DNA from: Auanema rhodensis
Lineage: Eukaryota; Animalia; Nematoda
Direction: 5' to 3'
Length of the DNA: 64,000 bases
Assembly: GCA_964057225.1 (NCBI GenBank)
Contig: OZ059894.1
Location: forward strand, 11,036,001 to 11,100,000
Shown: piece after piece, positions 46,077 to 57,559 of the stretch
How positions within the stretch are numbered: position 1 is the stretch's first letter
How the letters are laid out: every line of letters starts with the position of its first letter
The notes under the pieces: model-generated
Told to the model about the DNA's origin: nothing
The model's input: the letters and a program-made list of their open reading frames with translations, nothing else
The model's database searches: none
Translations under genes and position numbers: made by a program

Positions 46077-46709
46077 TTATCCTTCTTCCTCCTCGATTTG
46101 TCCCAGCTGGAAGTCGGTCGCGGGTTGCCGGTCGGCGACCGTCCATATGTGGAACAGGCTGACGTCTGTTAGCAGTTCCGTCGCCTGGCCTGCTATCATC
46201 ATTTTCTTTCTTTTCTGGTCCGGAGTGGTGGCGCGCGTCGCCATTAGTATCCTTAAGGCCTGGCTGATCAGGTCTCCCGCCTTCCTAATCGACTGGTTGG
46301 TCGATTCCATCATACTTTCTTCTGTCCAGCTCTTGTGGATCTCTTCCGCGGCCCATCTTGGGATGAGATCCGCGCTAGCTACATTTTCGGAGGCTGGATA
46401 GCCTAGATCTTAGCGTAGTTTGTTGATGGTGGCCTTGGTGCGGGCAGTGGCCTCGGACCAGTTTTGCGCCATTTTGGCCATCTCTTCTTCATCATTGTTA
46501 CATGAACATTGTAACCTTTCCAGAGTCTCTATTAATAGAGTAACTCTGGCTAAATTCTCCGAAAATGATTGGAGAATTCTTATCTTTTTAGTCCTGTTGT
46601 TTGTTGTCTCCAGTTGTAGTTCTATCTGGAGCGAATGAATCTTGATCCACTTTTCCTTGATCATCGCGATAGGTGTCTCGCAGGCTGGTGGAGGGAAGAC
46701 GAGTGCCAT
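46077..46709 (-). pseudogene. ORF2 homolog with one in-frame stop
   Basis: MALVFPPP...KLR*DLGY...QIEEEG; TAA at 46410-46412 where copy 1 has CAA. Confidence 0.8.
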
Positions 46710-46929
46710 TCTTGTGGTGCTGGGAGTTTTTCTGCTTGAGGTGAATTTTGAGCTTATATAGGGTGAAAAAAATAGGTAAGTATATATTTTGTGATACATA
46801 GATATTAAGATTGATGATTGGGGAAAACATTGTTTTTGTTGTTTGGGTAGCAGATAGAATGAATTATTATAAATTAATAAAAAAAAATTAATGAATAAAG
46901 TTATTTTCCCGAAAAGTTTCTATTTTTGA

Positions 46930-49900
46930 TTAAATGGTTGTTGTTGCTCCAATCACTGTTGAAGGTCGTTTCTTTCGTACAACCGGTGTTTTTGGAGAAT
47001 TGAAATGAGCATCAGGTATCTGAGAGCGTGTGAGCCTGTTTTTAGACTCTAAGGTGGGTATCACGCTGTTGTACCTTATTGGTACGTGGAATGGTTTTGG
47101 AACGGTTATAGGATTTTTGTCTTCTATTCCAAGTGCCAACTTGAGGGCTGAGCTCCATCTTTTGGTTGTGGGTATCTCTTTACGTCTTTCTTCATAGAGC
47201 TCTTGCCTTGTTTCTTCTCCAATTTTATCGACAAGTTGTTGAAATAAGTTGTTTTCGTCCTTGTCCGTAGCTGACTTGTCTGCCGTATTCGGTCCGGTTT
47301 CTGCTTGATAATTGTCCTGTTGTGTTTCCCGCGTAATTTCCTGTGGTGCTATTGTTTCTTGTGGTGTTATTGAAGGTCGGCTTTGTTCGTAGGATTCGTC
47401 CTCGTTGTCGCTTTCTGAATCAGAGATTGATGTTGTGGTGGGCGTGCTATTTTTAGCGCGCGTATTTTCCGTATCCTGCTGTGAGCCGTCGCTATAAATG
47501 GCGGGTGCGGAGTCGTTTCTGTTGTGCTCGCTTTCTTCGACGTTGTTATCGTCGGGTGGAAAGTATCTTATATTATTCTTGTGAGCTATAATCGTATTCC
47601 CTTCGCTATCTGCTAATATTACGTTATTTCCTTTTATTTCCTTGATTATATATGGTCCATCGCTTGTTGTTTGTAATTTATTTGCTGGCTTTGCTCGCTT
47701 GACGAGTGCTCTATTTTCCACGAAGATCTCTCTTTCCTGCGTCCTGTGATTTTCGTCGTATTTCTTCTTCATTCTTTCATTATTCAACTCTATCCTTTCA
47801 TGAATCTTCTCGTGTAAGTCCGGGGCGTTCTTGATTGTGGCTCCTGGGGTTTCTAAGTCCTTATCTATTGGTAACCGAGCTGTTTGTCCAAACAGACAAT
47901 CGTAGGGTGGTGTGCGAGTAGTAGCGTTTGGTAGTCGATTCATCGTAAAAACAATTTTTGGTAGAATGATATCCCAATTGTCTTGATCGTCATTAACGTA
48001 GGAAGTTAATGCTTCTTCCAGTGTTCTGTGTAGCCGTTCCACTTGACCATTTGCGTTTTTGTAGTATGGCATAGTTGTGTGATGTTCCGATCCAAGATCA
48101 TCACACATGTTTTTGAATTCCTTTGAAACAAAATTTGCTCCATTGTCTGTGATGATTTTCTTGGGGGGTCCAAAAACATAAAACAAGTGTGTTTTAATAG
48201 CCGCTATTATTTCTTCTGATGTTTGACGAATGAGCGGTATCGCTATGATCCATTTTGAAAAAGCGTCTTGTATTGATAAAATGTATCTTTTATCATTTGC
48301 GGTCCGAGGTAGTGGTCCAAGTATATCCATGTGAACCCTTTCCCATGGATGGGTTACTGTTGGAAAATTTCTCATTGGCTCAACAGTGGCTTCGTGTGGG
48401 TTGTTTTTCCTCTTTGCACAGTCGAGACATCTGTTGACGTATTTTGTGATGTCGTCCTGTATTCCGGTCCACGTATACCGCCGCAAAATGGAATCTTGAG
48501 TCTTATTGATTCCTAGATGCGCTCCGAGAATTGGGTCTTTATGAAATTTTTCTATAATTGGTATTGTGATTGCTGGATCGTTTGGTAGAATGGCTCGCGG
48601 AGTTTGTAAAGCTGTTTTGGGTTTTGCATACAGAGCGTCGTTCACAACGATATATCGATCCATTAGTTGCCTTCCTGCTGTTTTGTTCCGAATCTTTTCT
48701 TTTGTTTCCATGATCCATTCTGTATTGCCTTGAATGGTCCGAAGGTCCGTAATAGTTGAAATAGTCGAGATTTTGTGTGTAGGAGTTTCTTTTGGTTTCT
48801 TCTTTCTTTCCTTGGCTTCGTTGACTTCGTCTTCAAAATATCGTGAAAGTGCATCACAGACGCTGTTAAGACGTCCTGGGCGATACACTATCTCGATGTC
48901 GTATTCTTGTAATACGATTTGAAATTTTGCTAGCCTGCCAATAAGATCTTTTCTTGTCATGAGGCTAGTAAGAGGCCTGTGATCGGTGATGATTCTTATT
49001 GGTGTGCCTAGTATGTAAGTCCGAAATTGATGTACTGCGAAAGTGAGTGCTAGGGCTTCGATTTCAATTGGCGGGTAATTCCGTTCGGCTTTGTTCAGTT
49101 TTCGGCTGGCAAATGCAATTGGGTGAAGTGGTTCCTTGTCGTCTTTAGCCTGTAATAGTACTGCGCCAACTGCAATTATACTTCCGTCGCTTTCAATGAC
49201 GTAAGGTCGTTTTGCTATAGGTGCTTGTAGTACAGGAGCTTGACAGAGTATCTGTTTAAGTTGTTGAAATGCTTGTTCTTCTGCATCTCCCCATTTGAAA
49301 GCTGTATCCTTTTTCGTGAGCTCATAAAGTGGTGACGCAATGCCTGCGGCATTTCTAATAAATCTGCGAAAGTAGTTCACAACTCCCATAAATGCTCGAA
49401 CTCCTGTTATTGATTTCGGTCTTGGATAATCTTGGATTGCTTTTACTTTCTGAGGGTCTGGTTTTATTCCTTCGTGTCCAACAATGAATCCTAGGAATTT
49501 GACTTCTTGTTGTCCAAAGGTACATTTCTTAAGCTTGATTTTTAATCCTAGCTCTGCTGATGCGTTCAGTACTTCGTCGATATCTTGTAAATGTTTCGTC
49601 GTTGATTCCGATATGAGAAGTAGATCGTCGAGATAGACGAAGAGCTTGCATCGTACGTGTTGTTGTAAATATCGTACAGCATTTTGGAATGTGTGTGGAG
49701 CTCCGCAGAGTCCCATCGGCATTCTGCAGTATTGATAAGTTCCGCTCGTAGTAGTGAATGCGGTGAGGTGTCTATCTTCTGATCTAAGAGGGATTTGAAA
49801 GAATCCAGATACTAGATCAAAGTTACTGAAGATACGCGCTCCGGCTGCTAGGTCCAAGATGTCTTGAATGTTAGATATAACGTAGATTTGTTTTTGCGTT

Positions 49901-52900
49901 ATTGCGTTGAGTGCTCGAAAATCAGTCACAAATCTGTACGTTTTATCCTTTTTCTTGACCAATATTACGGGACTGGTAGTCATAGAAAAAGATGGCTCAA
50001 TTATTCCTTGTTCTAACATTTCCTCCACTTGTTTTTCTACTTCTTCTTGTTGTGATAGAGGTATTCTGTACGTGATCTTGAAAGATGGAACTTTTCCTTC
50101 GATGATCGGGATGCTATGTTCCACTGGTCCTTTGAAAAGTCCAATATTGCGATCCTCGTTTAAGAAAGCTTCCTTGTTTCTGAGCACTATTTTCTTTAAC
50201 TGTTGTCTCTCTAGCTGAGTAAAGATGGTGTTTGTTACATCGAGGTCTTTTATAAAGTCCTCTGGGAAGTATGGTAGTTGATCTTCCCATCTTGCTTCTG
50301 GTGGCACATATTGTCCTTTTTGCTCCTCCGTGTTTTTCGGGATAGCGTAAGCTGTTCCAATGCCTTGATTTGTCTGTACTACAATTGTGTCTGGAGAGAT
50401 ATTTGTAGCAAATATCTGAACTCCATATCCCGTTGGGGTGAAAGTAGTAGGGGCGAAACTCATTTTTCCTGTCCGCTGTGAGCTTCTAATAAAAGCTTGT
50501 TCGTAAGAGGCGGGATCGTCTACTTCCAATGTAAGCGATCTGGTTTCTCCTGGGTAGAACTGTTTAGTTTCCAGGCTTACGACGTGTGCTATCGTGTGGT
50601 TCTCAGTCCATGGCGCGTAGTCTTGTGCTAAAGGTACTATTGTGTCTCCAATTAGTAGTGAATTTTGTAGTGGTCGTAAAGATGTATTTATTCCTATTTT
50701 GTTGAGAGCTTCTATGAAGTCTATTCCTAATAATATTGGTGCTGGGCAGTGGTTGTTGGCAGAAATCAGTACTTTGTGCTCGATTTCTGTCTTCCCGATA
50801 ATAATTGGGATTCTTGTGTAGCCCAGGAAAGAAAATCGTGATTTGTTTGCTACAATGGCTGTTGTCTTTTCCATAACCATTGTTGCTGCCGGTAGTTGTT
50901 GAAATGTACTTTCCTTCATGTATGATATAGAAGCTCCTGTGTCCCATAAAGCAGTAAAGATCTGATTGTGAATGGAGAGAGGTACGAAAGGTAGTCGTGA
51001 TCCTCCGATGTAGTTAATCCTTGATTCTTTCATAGCGTACCGTGGTAGATAGGCGAAAAAGTCATTATCTGATAGTGGGGCGTCAGGATCATATCGAGAG
51101 GTTCTTGTATATAATTTCTCTTGCTGAGAAGTGACTAGTGGTTTTAATTCGAATTGTTTGTCCTCTCCTCTTGGTTCTTCGTCTTGTTCGTTGAATGTGA
51201 TTTGATTGATTGGTATCCTTGTGGTACATGCATATATTTTTAATGCCCAAATAGTAACAGTTATGAGTCCTATTGTGACGATGATTGCTCCAATAATAGC
51301 TAGTGTCCTTAGTATCCATGCTGTAATTGATTCTCCTATGTATCCAAAGAAATTTGTGATTTGTTTCTCCGCGTTGTTTGATATGTTATCTGCTATCATT
51401 AATGTCGTTCCAACTGTTCCTCCTATAATTCCTATTGGATTCAGATTGGATAGTCCAGAATGTTTGAAGACTGGTTTCAATTTTCCTGGCATAGTTGCTT
51501 GTAAAGATGCTAGGCTAGAGCCGTAGGAAATAGCCAGTGCCATTGGAAATGTTGACTCCGTGAGGTTTGAAAATATGTTGGAATTGTTAAACTTAATGTG
51601 ATCAATTTTTACAGATGTGAGTTCATCCGAAAATGAGAAGTTAGTCACATTCAATGTTGAATTATCTTTCATCCATTGATTGTTTTCTCTGTAGGGATCT
51701 GATGTAGCCATATCGCATGCTATGATGTGGGCAAATGGTGTTAAATCTCTTGATCCTGGTGTGATGAAGAGTTTTCCGTGATGTTCCGTGTCTACCGGTG
51801 TCTCCAGGTAACATTTATCGTCTCGTTTGTGATCCGAGTATACACGTGTTACTTGTACAGGGGTGCATGGCATGACGTAAATAAGATGTTCTCCAACAAA
51901 CTTTGCTGAAATATCCTGTCGACGAAGCATAGTGCGAATTCCTATAGTCGGATTAATCTGCAGGATTGCCCACCAGGTAAGTAGCTGCTTATTTTGCATT
52001 CTGCATACGTTTTTCTTTGTTATTTGGAAAGATTGTAAGATTTCCTCCTCTAGTTTTGACGTAGAGTATTGGAGGTGGGACCTTGTATCTTGTTGGCGTA
52101 GTTGATCGTCGTATTTTTGAATGATATCTGCTCGTGTTCGTAGGAAATTGAGGTGTGCTTGTGATCCAGTGTGAGATTTGATTTCCTCAATCGGTTGGGT
52201 CGTTGTTGCTCGCTTTGTAGTAGTCCGAGTTGTTGGAAGTGTCCTAGTAGATTCCCTGCGGGATGTGGTGGTGAGAGGACGTGGTGGTGGAGTTACTGGA
52301 GTTGTTGTACTCTGGTAATAATAATATCTCCTTGGTGTAGTTGTAGGTTGAGGTGGAGACGTCCGATGAGTAGTAGTTGTCGGGGCAGTTGTTGTGGTAG
52401 TCGATGTAGTGGTTGTGGTGGTTGTAGTAGTGGTGGTTGTGGGGCTAGCACCAGGTGACTCAATGAGCTGAAGATATGCTTGTTGAAATAATTTGCTGTC
52501 TTCATCCGTGATAGGTCTGATTGTAGGTTGATTTTTGGGCAACCCATAATTTTGTGCGTGTCCGTTGAAGATGAGGGTATAGTTGGGAAAGACGATTGCT
52601 GACGAATTTGCCTGTTTTGTGAGATCTGCCCATTTCTTATTTTCTGTCTCTCTTTGTTCTTTTGATATCCGAGTTAGACGATTGTTTTGCTCTAGATAAT
52701 TAAGAAACTCCTGTATTTGATCCATCTGGGTGTAGAACTGTGTGTCAGTGCGTGATCTAGGCAGTTTTGTCATCCTGGGTGGGTACAGTTGGTACAGATA
52801 GTCCTCCATTGATGGAATAGTCTCTCCTGTTGCCAGAGTGGTAGGTGTGTGAGCTATTTCAATTGCTATTTGTCTTGCTCGGTCGAGATAATCGCCTTCG

Positions 52901-55770
52901 TAGTTGAGTAGACGTGTGGCAAAGTCGCTGATAGTGATTTGCTTGCTGAGTTTTGCCGTGATCTCTGATGGCAGTAGGTGTTCGATGGCAATTTTCGTAG
53001 AAAGTCGAATCTCAGCTTCTGCAAGTGTGTGCAGGATAACCATGTTGATGTCAGTGTAGTTGTGCCATAAGAGTCGGTTCTTCAGTTTTGATGAATCTAG
53101 TTGTAGGAATTTGATGAAACCTATGTGTACGCTAGATGTCTTGAGATATTCCATAAGGTTATAAGCGTTGTCCAGTCTTTTCCTATTTCGATATGTCTGG
53201 TACATAGGTAGTATACCTGTAGAACTGTCTGTGAGGCGAAGTGATTTGTAGATAGTGATATTGAAGAATCTCGTAGGGTATTCTTGGGGTGCCATCCTCT
53301 TTTGACGTCGGTGTGTTTTTAAGTCCTTGATGGAAATGTACGTACCACTATCAGTTGAGTAGATGCTTGTATTCATACATCTTGTAGCTGTAGGGTCTGG
53401 CGTGTTGTTTTTGAGAATGAATGCTCCTTGTATTTCCGAGATTAATACAGTATCATTGTTGATTAGTGCTTCGAATTTCCCTAATGTCGTGTAGTCGCAA
53501 TTTCGATGATCATTGGGTGGGATCCATGTGATAACTGCGTTGGTGGTGTTGCATACTCCTTGTTGCTTAGTGCATCCTTCAGTGTTGATGAATAAGTCGG
53601 AGATTATAGTGTCATCGTGTAGGCTAGTCATCATTCCTCTTTCTAAGGTGAATCTTGACTTGGTTGTGCAAGAGGATGCCCAAAACGATTTTGATTGTGT
53701 ACTAGATGGCATAGGGGCTTTGAATAGTCCTGGTGCTTCGCGATTGAGGTCGTTATCCATGTGTCGTCTTTCTTGAATGGCTGTTTGGCATTCTTGTGGA
53801 GTGGCTGGTTCTATTCGGAGTAATGTAACGTTATTTTCCCTGATGAAGAATAAGTCGTGGGCGCACGTTTTATAGATTTCCTTGGCGCATTTCCATGCTT
53901 CCCATTCCTTGTAATTCATATTTTCTGCGAATAGTTCCACTGTTTTTATCTCGACTCCGTCCTTGTGTGCATAGTCTGAGCAGGTGGTTGGGCGAGGTGG
54001 TTCGAGGAAAATACCTCCTCGTTTGCCAATGCAGAGTTGATAGGTGTTGTCTGCCTGGCAAGGTATCATAGATAGGGCGATGACGGATAAGAATAGCGGT
54101 ATGAACGGAAGTGTCTTCTTTGTTTTGACTGTTTCCTTTTCTACTTTGTTAACGTGAAAACGGACGCTGGGGCTTCTTGTGCGATCTCTGTTCCTGTTAT
54201 GTGGTCCATATGAAGTGCTGCGATTTCGTTGTTGAAATCCGCGATCAGGACAGTTTCCGCGGTTGTATCGGTCGTTTCCTCTGTGCTCCTGTCGATCATT
54301 CCTTCTGCTATCATATCGATCGTTTCCTCTGCTGTTGTATCGATCATTGTATCTATCGTACCGTTGGGGGCTACGATAATTGTTGTATCCTCGTTGATAT
54401 CCATTGTTTCTGTTATCCTGTCTGAAGTTGTGACGGTTATTTTGTCGATCCTCTTGGTATCTTGGTGAGCGGTATCCTCCTCTTCTTTGATTCCATTGCT
54501 CTTGTGGTTGTTGTGGTCTTGATTGATTTCCATAGAATGTTCTTGATTGGTGTGTTTGTGATCCGTCATAGATTTTCTCCTGTTGTGATGCTCTCATGTG
54601 GTTTATGAGACCATTATTAATCTCTAGTTGTTCCACGTCTTTAATCAAGTTGTTGACCAAGAGCGAAGGATCCTCGTCAGCTTCCACAGTTTCGGCAATA
54701 GTCACGGCTGCATCAAAGGTGATAGGGCTGCAGTTATTGACATGTGTTCTTAAAGTCTTTCGTAGTCCTCCTAAGAATGAAACTCGTAGTATTCTTTCAT
54801 CGGCTGTCGAGTCCATGTTGCATGATTCGTAGGCAAGGTTTCTGCAGCGTTGAGCGAAATTTTGTACCGTTTCGTGCTCTCCTTGTTTCAAATGAGTGAG
54901 TTTTGTGAATGCTGCATCTCTCTTTTCTGGAGGTTGTAATTTCTCCGATAGTATGCGTTTGACGTGGTTCCATCCCTGGCGTAAGTCTTCTGCTGGTATA
55001 GTTCGAAGAGCTTCAGCGGCTCTATCCGTTCCGAGAAGTAGATAGAGATGGGAAAGTCTCTCGGCAATAGGGACTTGAAGGGCATCGAAATATCCTTCTA
55101 GTCTTTGCATGTAGAGGTTGAATGGAACCGATCCATCATAAAGCGTAGGTTTGTGATGGCGAATAGAAACGTTGTGGGCTCTTGCAATAGGAGAGTTGTC
55201 TTGCTCCATCTGCTCTGCCATTTGAGGGCGACTTCTCTGCTCTGTAACATTCGAAGTCAAATTTACGTTATTGTCTGACGAAGAAGAGACAGGAGACAGA
55301 GAGTGCCCGTGCAAAGATTGATCAGTGGAAGAGGGAGAGTTTCTAGGAATAGGAGAGGTGAGGATTTCCGCATTTGCGGTTTGAACAAGGCGTTGAGGAG
55401 AAGTGTGATTTGGAGGACAAGTGTTAGTGCCGGTATTAACAACTGTTTTTGGAGAGTGAGAAGAGCGTTTGGGCGTGGATTTACTGGATGATGCTTTATT
55501 CTTATTCAAGCTAATTGCATGCCTAGTAGTTTTAATAGCAGTAGTATAAAGTTTCTTAGCAGTTAGCGGTGTACCCGGAATAGGGGGTAATTTCTTTGAT
55601 TTCGCGTTCGTTTTCGGATATTTCGCATCTGGTCGGAATGCATCCGGTGGTCCTCTTTTTCTTTGGTTTCTATGCAGTGCTGCTTCCACTGTCTGAGTTT
55701 TCTCTGCGCTATTCGTAGCATTTTGGGCAATATTTCCCGGCGGAGGGTTTTGATTCGCTGCGTCAGCCAT
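46930..55770 (-). CDS. Gag-Env-Pro-Pol polyprotein, 2946 aa
   Basis: Colinear homolog of 15909-24764. Confidence 0.95.
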   Translation of the reverse strand: MADAANQNPPPGNIAQNATNSAEKTQTVEAALHRNQRKRGPPDAFRPDAKYPKTNAKSKKLPPIPGTPLTAKKLYTTAIKTTRHAISLNKNKASSSKSTPKRSSHSPKTVVNTGTNTCPPNHTSPQRLVQTANAEILTSPIPRNSPSSTDQSLHGHSLSPVSSSSDNNVNLTSNVTEQRSRPQMAEQMEQDNSPIARAHNVSIRHHKPTLYDGSVPFNLYMQRLEGYFDALQVPIAERLSHLYLLLGTDRAAEALRTIPAEDLRQGWNHVKRILSEKLQPPEKRDAAFTKLTHLKQGEHETVQNFAQRCRNLAYESCNMDSTADERILRVSFLGGLRKTLRTHVNNCSPITFDAAVTIAETVEADEDPSLLVNNLIKDVEQLEINNGLINHMRASQQEKIYDGSQTHQSRTFYGNQSRPQQPQEQWNQRRGGYRSPRYQEDRQNNRHNFRQDNRNNGYQRGYNNYRSPQRYDRYNDRYNSRGNDRYDSRRNDRQEHRGNDRYNRGNCPDRGFQQRNRSTSYGPHNRNRDRTRSPSVRFHVNKVEKETVKTKKTLPFIPLFLSVIALSMIPCQADNTYQLCIGKRGGIFLEPPRPTTCSDYAHKDGVEIKTVELFAENMNYKEWEAWKCAKEIYKTCAHDLFFIRENNVTLLRIEPATPQECQTAIQERRHMDNDLNREAPGLFKAPMPSSTQSKSFWASSCTTKSRFTLERGMMTSLHDDTIISDLFINTEGCTKQQGVCNTTNAVITWIPPNDHRNCDYTTLGKFEALINNDTVLISEIQGAFILKNNTPDPTATRCMNTSIYSTDSGTYISIKDLKTHRRQKRMAPQEYPTRFFNITIYKSLRLTDSSTGILPMYQTYRNRKRLDNAYNLMEYLKTSSVHIGFIKFLQLDSSKLKNRLLWHNYTDINMVILHTLAEAEIRLSTKIAIEHLLPSEITAKLSKQITISDFATRLLNYEGDYLDRARQIAIEIAHTPTTLATGETIPSMEDYLYQLYPPRMTKLPRSRTDTQFYTQMDQIQEFLNYLEQNNRLTRISKEQRETENKKWADLTKQANSSAIVFPNYTLIFNGHAQNYGLPKNQPTIRPITDEDSKLFQQAYLQLIESPGASPTTTTTTTTTTTTSTTTTTAPTTTTHRTSPPQPTTTPRRYYYYQSTTTPVTPPPRPLTTTSRRESTRTLPTTRTTTKRATTTQPIEEIKSHTGSQAHLNFLRTRADIIQKYDDQLRQQDTRSHLQYSTSKLEEEILQSFQITKKNVCRMQNKQLLTWWAILQINPTIGIRTMLRRQDISAKFVGEHLIYVMPCTPVQVTRVYSDHKRDDKCYLETPVDTEHHGKLFITPGSRDLTPFAHIIACDMATSDPYRENNQWMKDNSTLNVTNFSFSDELTSVKIDHIKFNNSNIFSNLTESTFPMALAISYGSSLASLQATMPGKLKPVFKHSGLSNLNPIGIIGGTVGTTLMIADNISNNAEKQITNFFGYIGESITAWILRTLAIIGAIIVTIGLITVTIWALKIYACTTRIPINQITFNEQDEEPRGEDKQFELKPLVTSQQEKLYTRTSRYDPDAPLSDNDFFAYLPRYAMKESRINYIGGSRLPFVPLSIHNQIFTALWDTGASISYMKESTFQQLPAATMVMEKTTAIVANKSRFSFLGYTRIPIIIGKTEIEHKVLISANNHCPAPILLGIDFIEALNKIGINTSLRPLQNSLLIGDTIVPLAQDYAPWTENHTIAHVVSLETKQFYPGETRSLTLEVDDPASYEQAFIRSSQRTGKMSFAPTTFTPTGYGVQIFATNISPDTIVVQTNQGIGTAYAIPKNTEEQKGQYVPPEARWEDQLPYFPEDFIKDLDVTNTIFTQLERQQLKKIVLRNKEAFLNEDRNIGLFKGPVEHSIPIIEGKVPSFKITYRIPLSQQEEVEKQVEEMLEQGIIEPSFSMTTSPVILVKKKDKTYRFVTDFRALNAITQKQIYVISNIQDILDLAAGARIFSNFDLVSGFFQIPLRSEDRHLTAFTTTSGTYQYCRMPMGLCGAPHTFQNAVRYLQQHVRCKLFVYLDDLLLISESTTKHLQDIDEVLNASAELGLKIKLKKCTFGQQEVKFLGFIVGHEGIKPDPQKVKAIQDYPRPKSITGVRAFMGVVNYFRRFIRNAAGIASPLYELTKKDTAFKWGDAEEQAFQQLKQILCQAPVLQAPIAKRPYVIESDGSIIAVGAVLLQAKDDKEPLHPIAFASRKLNKAERNYPPIEIEALALTFAVHQFRTYILGTPIRIITDHRPLTSLMTRKDLIGRLAKFQIVLQEYDIEIVYRPGRLNSVCDALSRYFEDEVNEAKERKKKPKETPTHKISTISTITDLRTIQGNTEWIMETKEKIRNKTAGRQLMDRYIVVNDALYAKPKTALQTPRAILPNDPAITIPIIEKFHKDPILGAHLGINKTQDSILRRYTWTGIQDDITKYVNRCLDCAKRKNNPHEATVEPMRNFPTVTHPWERVHMDILGPLPRTANDKRYILSIQDAFSKWIIAIPLIRQTSEEIIAAIKTHLFYVFGPPKKIITDNGANFVSKEFKNMCDDLGSEHHTTMPYYKNANGQVERLHRTLEEALTSYVNDDQDNWDIILPKIVFTMNRLPNATTRTPPYDCLFGQTARLPIDKDLETPGATIKNAPDLHEKIHERIELNNERMKKKYDENHRTQEREIFVENRALVKRAKPANKLQTTSDGPYIIKEIKGNNVILADSEGNTIIAHKNNIRYFPPDDNNVEESEHNRNDSAPAIYSDGSQQDTENTRAKNSTPTTTSISDSESDNEDESYEQSRPSITPQETIAPQEITRETQQDNYQAETGPNTADKSATDKDENNLFQQLVDKIGEETRQELYEERRKEIPTTKRWSSALKLALGIEDKNPITVPKPFHVPIRYNSVIPTLESKNRLTRSQIPDAHFNSPKTPVVRKKRPSTVIGATTTI

Positions 55771-57440
55771 CTTTGTTGGTTTCCTGGAAGGAAATTATTA
55801 ACCAACGAAGACTGAGCTTATATTATACAAAACGTAAGAGACAATATGGGGTTGGTATGCGCGACTCCTGTTCCTGTCAGGGGGCCAGCCTGCAGCGGGT
55901 CACTAGTCGGAGAATAGCCTGGTCAGGTTCATACACGAGTCCGCAACTACGTGTGACCTTTAGCAAAGGACCAAGTTCTTATCTCTCGAAGAGGCATGAG
56001 ATATGAGACAGTGGTCTGTGTATTGCTCCTTTTCAGTCATGGACAAGATCAGGTACACAGGCTTCTCATACTCACTTTTCCAGACTTCTCTTACCTAAGC
56101 AAACCCCCAAAAGACGTTCCCTTTTAACGTTACTTCTGTTCCCCTGGGTCTTGCTAGGTGGGACCACTCAATTTCAAAATATTCTTTAATTCTCATATGG
56201 GACCAAAAGGGTTAATTTCAAATGATTGCGCGTCTTATATCAAAAAGTGTACGCCTCCGCGCGATGTCCCGAGAATGTCTGGTATTGTTTCTTACGGGGC
56301 TTTCTCATAAAAATGCGTTAGATATCAAGAATAGTGATTTTGTTTATGAATCAATGTTTTCAGAATGATTTATGAATAGATATTTTCAAAATTTAGCTTG
56401 TGATAAGATGTTTTCAAGATGACTTATGGGTAAGTGTTGCAATATGAATAAATGTCTTTAAGATATTTCATGAATTGATAGTTTTTAATATTATTCGTGG
56501 TTAAATATTTTGATATGCTTGTTCCAAAAAGAGTTTTTATGCATTATATGCCTTTAACATACAGGAAAGTAGAGGAATAAAGTAGGAATATAGATTGTAA
56601 TAGATAATATGTATAAGACATTTTTTTTTTTTTTTCAAATAGATATATCAGAAATGATGTTAGAAGAATGATATTTAGAGATAAATTCGAATTACTAGAT
56701 TAAATTGGAGTTTTTGTTTTAGATACAAAATTGACTTGAAAGTTTGAAATATAAAATTTAATTAGAATTTTTGGATATGAAATCAAGATAAATTTTTAGA
56801 GTAAAAAGGATTTCAAAGAAAGAGAAAGTAATTTAAAGGTGAGAAAAGTAGCGGCAATGGTCCATAGAGATTCGTCCCTTATAGACGAATCTCGGTGGAA
56901 CCTCCACGTTCCATATTGGTTCCTAGGGTTCCGGCTAGGTAACCATATGGACTTTAATAGTGTGAATGCCATTGTAAAAGTAACAGAGAGTAGAGAAAAA
57001 GAAGTTTATTCAGAATATGGAAATACAATTATAAAAGCAAAATACAATAATCAAATAAATGAAACTACATGTTATGAGAAAGCCAACCTAGTTGCTTTCT
57101 CAGGGGTTTATATAGCAAAATATTAATTACAAATATAATTGAATTTATACAAAAAGTAGTTCAGGTCTAGTTTCTTATTGAATTCTATTAACCAAAAGTC
57201 GGTTGACGTTGTCAACCGCCTTCTTTATAAGACACGTATGGAACATTAATAGTTAGGACCACAAAGAAAACAACAGGAACAGTAACAAATGAAATGCCCA
57301 AACTTTACAGTGTTCGAGTTATTTACAGTATCTAAGACTACCTCTGTCGTGTTATTAGAGCAAACATTCGATTAACAACAACTTTTTTTTAGTTATCAAA
57401 GCTTTTTTATTTCTTCAAAAAATTTCAAATAAAATATAAA

Positions 57441-57559
57441 AGCTTACGACACCCGGGATTCCCAAGCCGTCTCCGATCCAAGTACTAACCGGGCCCAACG
57501 TTGCTTGACTTGCCAGATCGGACGGGATGGCGTACTTTCAACGTGGTATGGTCGTAAGC
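57441..57559 (-). rRNA. 5S rRNA
   Basis: Identical copy. Confidence 0.97.

Larger units (their letters stand above)
45514..57245 (-). mobile_element. Gypsy gag-env-pro-pol element, copy 2 (diverged subfamily)
   Basis: 339-bp LTRs 45514-45852 and 56907-57245, TSD TTAA, tRNA-Gln PBS 56889-56906. Confidence 0.95.
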